Positions 58,414 to 64,000 of a stretch of 64,000 nucleotides of DNA are shown here, in pieces. Position 1 is the first letter of the stretch. Each line of letters begins with the position of its first letter. The notes beneath the pieces are model-generated. The model was not told the DNA's origin, did not search any database, and saw only the letters and a list, made by a program, of their open reading frames with translations. This stretch comes from Patellaria atrata CBS 101060. Its lineage: Eukaryota. Made by a program: the position numbers and the translations under genes. Location: positions 496,001 through 560,000 of the forward strand of contig MU006099.1 in assembly GCA_010093705.1 (NCBI GenBank), read 5' to 3'.

Positions 58414-60195
58414 TCAGTCACCCTGAGTGACCTGATGTCCTTCCACCTCCCACAACCTCCGACATATCTCCTCCGCCTTACTCATACTCCGTCTACTCTC
58501 CTCTCCACACCCACCTTCTTCATCCTCATCCTCATCCGCAACATCAAAGCTCACCCTCGCTCGTCTCCCATCCTGTGCCGGCGTCGGCGGCTTCTTCAGC
58601 TCCTGATGACTGTTACTGGCCATATGATAATTGAGCTGCGAATTCCACTTCTCCTTCCCTTGTCTCTCAATGGCCCTTCCCACCGCCTCCGTCACGGGGC
58701 TCCTGAACCTCCGTACAATTTTGTATTCGATGCGCGCCTGCTCAAACTGCCGTAGCAATCTCGGGTCTATGCGTCCACCTTCGCTGTTGCTGATGAGCGC
58801 CGCGCCTATGAGTTGAGGTCCACCGAAACGTGGGATCACTGCTGGGACGGATTGTTGTTGTCCGAGCTCCGAGTGAGCGCGCTCGAGCATCATTTTCTGC
58901 TGTGTTCGACTGGGAGGGAGATCGCCTGCCGGTGTCACTGTTCCGGAGCGGCGGGATGGTGTACGTGATTGAGAGGTTCCGTCTCCATTGGACAGAGGTT
59001 GGCCATTTGTGGCCGAGAAGTCCGGCGCCGATTTATTGCGCCTCTGTGCGTCGAGATCTGGCGTCGCCGGCGGCGGTGGTGTTGTCCGCTTGGGTAAGAA
59101 AGCGCTGCCCTCTTTCGGTGTCCCGGATGAGTCTTCAGGATTGAGGAACCGTGAGACCAAATCTCGGCCGGAGTGGTCGGCTAGGGTCGAACCGGCAGAG
59201 GTGGTATGAGCAAACTCCCGCGGATCGTGAGTTTCGGAGACTATTGTTGCTGACACAGAAGATAGTTGCGGTGCCAGGTTGTGGGAAGCACTGCGCTGAA
59301 GCAGACGAGAGGTGATCATATCCGCTTCTGGTTGTCTCATCGAATGGTACGAACTCGCACCATTGATCCGGGCTATAGTATTGGCGCGAGTTGATTGTGG
59401 TCGTTCCGATGAAGCTTCTTGCGATGTTGTATTCTCCAACTGACGACTAAGCGACGATCGCTGCTCAGGAAGGTAGTTTTCGTTGGTCTGCGAGGATGTT
59501 CTCGAATGGTCAAGGATAACGGAGTTCTGTCGTGTGTTGTCCCGAGTGGTAGCTGGAGATTGCGATGCGCTGTCCTCCGTCCATTCGTTCTCGTTTTCGT
59601 GGCTTTCTTCCTGGTGTTCTTCATCGCCTAATGCGAAATGAACTGTGGGATGTGCAGGTTCTGGCGAATGATCGCGCGATTTCGATTTCGCTGCGCGCCT
59701 ATGTGAGCGTTTGGCAAGTGTTACCTCGCTTTTCGTCGCCTTTATAACCCCTTTGGGTGCACCTTGCCGGGGAAGATGTCCACTGGAGTTGTTCTTCCTC
59801 AACGCTGTCTGCGACATGTTTTTAGAGATAGTCATCGCGGACGCATTGCGCTTGCCGAGCGCTGGACGCTGAGCGGGTGTTGTTGAAGTAGGTGTTTCGT
59901 TTCCAGATAAAGATCGACGATGATGCCTTGCGGCTGCTGCTGCTGCTTCTCCGGCTTGCGCCTGAGTGAGCTTGTTCAGCTTGTTGAGATTCTTGCCGAA
60001 GGATGTATTCCTAGGGCCCAAACGACCGTGTCCATGTCCTCCAACAACGTGTCTTTGAGGTTTAAATTGTATCTGTCGTTGTGATGTAGATGGAGCTGGA
60101 GCATCGGACGGAGATTGGGATTGAGAGGATGAGGTAGAGGAGTTTCTGGCGACGGGATGAGGCCTATTCGGTTGGCTCTCTTGGGCAGAAGCCAT
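58414..60195 (-). CDS. TCO89: TORC1 subunit Tco89-domain protein
   Basis: 593-aa low-complexity protein with 'EWTEDSASQSP', 'SRTQQKMMLER' and 'EYKIVRRFRSPV' blocks characteristic of fungal Tco89-like proteins. Confidence 0.7.
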   Translation of the reverse strand: MASAQESQPNRPHPVARNSSTSSSQSQSPSDAPAPSTSQRQIQFKPQRHVVGGHGHGRLGPRNTSFGKNLNKLNKLTQAQAGEAAAAAARHHRRSLSGNETPTSTTPAQRPALGKRNASAMTISKNMSQTALRKNNSSGHLPRQGAPKGVIKATKSEVTLAKRSHRRAAKSKSRDHSPEPAHPTVHFALGDEEHQEESHENENEWTEDSASQSPATTRDNTRQNSVILDHSRTSSQTNENYLPEQRSSLSRQLENTTSQEASSERPQSTRANTIARINGASSYHSMRQPEADMITSRLLQRSASHNLAPQLSSVSATIVSETHDPREFAHTTSAGSTLADHSGRDLVSRFLNPEDSSGTPKEGSAFLPKRTTPPPPATPDLDAQRRNKSAPDFSATNGQPLSNGDGTSQSRTPSRRSGTVTPAGDLPPSRTQQKMMLERAHSELGQQQSVPAVIPRFGGPQLIGAALISNSEGGRIDPRLLRQFEQARIEYKIVRRFRSPVTEAVGRAIERQGKEKWNSQLNYHMASNSHQELKKPPTPAQDGRRARVSFDVADEDEDEEGGCGEESRRSMSKAEEICRRLWEVEGHQVTQGD

Positions 60196-61595
60196 TGCTT
60201 ATGCTTACTGTCCGATCGTTGAGGTACAAAGTAACGATGTACCCTAAGGACCCGTCAATGGCTCTCTTTGGCGAGGACGTTTATTAGAGGAAAAGGATGA
60301 GGTTATAGTAAGAGTGGCTAATTCATGACCCTAATACTCCTAATCAATACGACGTCAGCGATGAGTTGTTCCAAATGTTAAAGCGGCGTAATGTTCGGCT
60401 TATTTGTTTCTAGCTTCGCAAATGGTGAAAGGATTAGAAATGCAGTTCATCAGCAGCAACTGGGGAGTTTTGAGGTTACATACCAATGCGCCAGCAAACT
60501 GTTGGCTCGACGCGGGGATTGGTACCGAATCTACGAATGCGGATAGATTGGTCGTTGCTGAATATCCTCAGTACGAGATACCTTGATTTGTACAAGAAAA
60601 AAGATGAAGAATGATTTGTTGTCGCGGTGGGCAGACCTAGCTCTCCGCAACGAGCTCCAGTGGCTCTTTGAAGTATTATCATGTGGGAGAGAGGGCAGCT
60701 CAATGAATGGCATTTCACAAAGGCTTGAAAGGTCATCTACTTCACGTGTGCACCGAACTACATTAGCACTTGATCCTTTGACATCTTATTATCAACGTAG
60801 TCTACAATTCTAGTGTTTACAATAGCAATCAAGCTTTAAATAAAGCGGTATGTTCTTCACCTTCCATTGCGACTAATTGATTCCACTTGCAGGCCCGGAG
60901 TCCCCGGACTGACCGCTGCATGATCAAAATTTCCCAATCGGGATGTAGAACATCGTGAGTCTGAGCCGAGGTCTAAGAATCCTTTGTTTCTACATCTCAA
61001 CCTAACCCTCATCAACGAAGTTCTTACTTGTCACCCTCATCTCTAATACTCAATTTCTCTTATCATTTTTCTGTACCAATTCAATTCACTTTAGTCCATA
61101 TAGAACCTCAGCCCTTATTACTCACGCTTTGTTTACATTCGTCTTGTGTTGTCTTCGTTCAATTGCTTGCTAGAGTGGAAGACATGGCCATAGATATTGG
61201 TTGAACTGCCTTTATACCTCTATATGAGATGATCCTAAACCATTCTCCTGCCACGACTAATTCAAACTCTTAAGTCTTTCGCTGCATCACCACCAGCACC
61301 TGTGATCATTCACCTGATTTTCACGACGTGCAATCGGCCATCATTTCAAACAGTTACTCATATGATTCACCATTAGGATTAACCCTCATACCCTACTGTC
61401 TTTCAACCAAAGCCAACACATTCCCCCCATTTCCATGCACTCTACCTCCACCCATCCCCCTATAACTCGCTCTCTTGAACTATTCCCTCTCCATACCCCA
61501 AACCTATCCACAAATAATCTTCCAAATCAAACTCTCACTTCAACCCCCTTAGTGCCAAGAAGCCCATAAAATCTCATCAACCCAACGATATATAA

Positions 61596-61850
61596 ATGTG
61601 TCTGCCCACACTCAGTCGTCCCGCCCGGTCCGTCCTTGTGACAAACACCCACTCTGTCTACGTGGAGCGCGTACCAACAGGAATACCCAGCAAATCGAAG
61701 TCAAGGTTTAGGCCCCAAAATCGCGGCGCCTTCGTAGTGCGACCCAACGAACGGAAGAATGGCGAAGCGGCACCTCATATCAAGGCTGAGAACCGGCTAG
61801 GGAGTCCGGAGTTCCAGAAGAAGTTGGACCGGGGATATAAGAATAAGTAG
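61596..61850 (+). CDS. Possible small basic orphan protein (84 aa)
   Basis: ATG in A-rich context after a long pyrimidine-rich leader; no recognisable domain. Confidence 0.3.
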   Translation: MCLPTLSRPARSVLVTNTHSVYVERVPTGIPSKSKSRFRPQNRGAFVVRPNERKNGEAAPHIKAENRLGSPEFQKKLDRGYKNK

Positions 61851-62017
61851 GGAGTTTGAAGTGTGTCGATGTCTATCTGGAGAAATTGTGGTGGTCATTG
61901 TAGAGACCTGGACATCACAGGGCTCTAGCCAAATCCGAGGGGAGAACGATGATTATGAGGCCATTGAATAGGTAGCGATGTTGATGCTTAGGATAGTGTC
62001 AAGATCATGAATCGATA

Positions 62018-64000
62018 TCAATCCTCCTCGAATCCTATACCGGACACCTGTCCGAGAAAGTCATTCTTCTTCTCACCCTTCAGTAAAGCATCAATATCGA
62101 CGTTACCGCTGGTCAAATAGCGCTCGCTGACTCCAACGTTGACGCGCTGAGCTAATAGAGCTTTTAGCTCCGCTCTTAGTGCTTGCACCTCCCATTTTGT
62201 CAAGCTCCTTGCTTCCCGTTCCTTTTGTTTTCTCCCATTGCCCCGTCCTCTCCGCCCAGCAGATTCCTTATCAAGCTCTTCACTATCATATTCAACCCCT
62301 AGTTCCTCAGCAGCCTTCTTCATCCACTCATCTTCAGTATTCTTCTTCTCTTTCGCTATTGTCATATCCGCTATCTTCTTTGCCAGAGTAGCTCTAGGTT
62401 TCAAGCGCGCTACAACTCGTCGATCTATATCTAGGGAACGCATGAAGTAAGATCCACGTTTGCTGGAATCTCGAGCGTGGACCTTGGCAACGAGTCGACG
62501 GACACCTGCAACTTCTTCAGGAGCACAAAGTAGGATGCTAGACCCGGTATTTTCTGCGCGTGCTGTACGCCCAGATCTATGGACATACATGTCCGCGGCA
62601 CGAGGGAGATGGTAATGCACGACAAGCTGGACGCCCGGGATATCTAAGCCTCGTGCAGCGACATCTGTCGCAATGAGGATGGAGCCAGGGCGTTCGGTGA
62701 AACGCTCAACAGAGCGGAGACGGGCCTTCTGTGGCATCTGTGAATGTAGCGCTAAAGCTGGAAGGTTAAGGTTCTGTAGGAATGGTGTAATACGCCGGAC
62801 TGCGGATATTGAATTGGCAAATACTAGCGTTCGGAAATTTGGGTGATAAAGAATCAAAGAATATAGATAGAGATCCTGTTAAATTCGTCAATGATACACT
62901 TTCAATAAAGACATAGATTCGTACCTTCTCAGTGCCTGCGCACTCTACTAGTCCCTCCTGAAGACCTGTAGCCATCTGAGTAACTGGATTAACATCTATA
63001 AACTTAGGTTTCGGTTCTCGGAAGTTGAGCTTTTTCAACAAGTATTCCATGGACTCTCGATTGCTCATAAGATCACCGTTATATCTACCTTTGCCGGCTA
63101 ACTTCTGTTGCAGTTCCTTCTGAAAGGTTGCGGAAAATACAAGGGTCTGCCTCTCTACATACTCCTTGACAGGAGTTTCCTCTGGTTTATCGTCGTCTTT
63201 CGTTTCTTCTTGGTCAAGGACATTCAGGATCTCCTCAACCTCTTTGAAATGCCCCTCACTGAGCAACCGGTCGGCTTCATCAACAATAAGAAATTTTATC
63301 CCTCGAAGCCAGCTTATCAGGCCTTTACCATTGCTGATTACTTCCCATAGCCGGCCAGGTGTTGCAACGACAATATCTGCAATAGCAAGCTGACGCTGTT
63401 GCTTTTGAACTGAGAGTCCACCAGTCACCGTGGCGATTGAGGGCGCCCTGATTTCGATATCACCTTTGGAGCAGAGAGCAGTCATATGCTTTGAAATCTG
63501 GTGTGCAAGTTCTCTAGTAGGTGATAAGATTAGGGCAAGAGGATCGGAAGTTTTGGAGTCCTTTGGTTTGTCCCTTGCTTCTTCTTTACTGGATTCACTC
63601 AAATAGTATTCTAATATAGGTATGCCATATGCCAACGTTTTTCCCGATCCTGTAGGTGCTTTTGCTATAACATCGTGACCTGCCATTACCTCCGGTATGG
63701 CTGCTGACTGAACAGGAGTGGGTTTGGAAAATCCCAGCTTTGAAAGAGAGGAACAGGTCAATTGGGAAATATAGAGGGGAGCTTTATGCCACGCGCTAGT
63801 ATCCACATCATTGTCCAGTGACTCTTCCTCCAAAGTATCGAATCCTGCAGACGCTTTATCCGATACTTCGTTGTCTTCAGCCTTTTGTGCTTTAAGTGAA
63901 GGTACCTCCTTCATTTGCTTGGTATCCTTCTTTTGCTTAGTGTTCTCTTTCTTTTTCCTATTATCCCCTTTAGATTGTTGATCGTTCCCAGTCTTTGTAT
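62018..64000 (-). CDS. MAK5: ATP-dependent DEAD-box RNA helicase MAK5/DDX24 (5' end outside window); exons >64000-62925, 62875-62018
   Basis: Q motif GFSKPTPVQ, APTGSGKT, PTRELA, TPGRL, DEAD, SAT, TDVAARGLDIP, HRSGRTAR. MAK5-type 'GHFKEVEEIL' and C-terminal 'AAEELGVEYDSE'. Confidence 0.93.

Overview
This is eukaryotic DNA from a filamentous ascomycete (Pezizomycotina). Genes have short GT..CTAAC..YAG introns and there are no prokaryotic features. About 19 conventional protein genes can be reconstructed: an MFS transporter, a GH16 glucanase, an alpha/beta-hydrolase-fold protein, GT32 and GT31 glycosyltransferases, MsrB, a 2,100-aa ZNFX1-like helicase/E3, an SDR, a Mid2/Wsc-like membrane protein, ketopantoate reductase, PEX11, two F-box-like proteins, a KpsF/GutQ SIS isomerase, a BIM1/X325 copper protein, a small GPI protein, a Tco89-like protein and the 3' part of MAK5. 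The most interesting signals are non-coding and absent from the ORF track. (1) A candidate telomerase RNA gene at about 1.2-2.7 kb has a TAACCCTAA template, a well-formed telomerase-type pseudoknot, a core-enclosing helix and 3' Sm-like/splice signals. (2) A large H/ACA-like RNA near 57.6-57.8 kb carries an antisense element to the 25S rRNA peptidyl-transferase region (snR37-like). (3) The MsrB intron is long and highly structured, with mutually exclusive helices. (4) A ~220-bp repeat family occurs once at 23 kb and as a tandem triplet at 39 kb. (5) There is a tandem pair of orphan genes whose promoters and UTRs are more conserved than their proteins, plus a 47-aa membrane micro-protein. All RNA structures were paired by eye and need computational and experimental confirmation.
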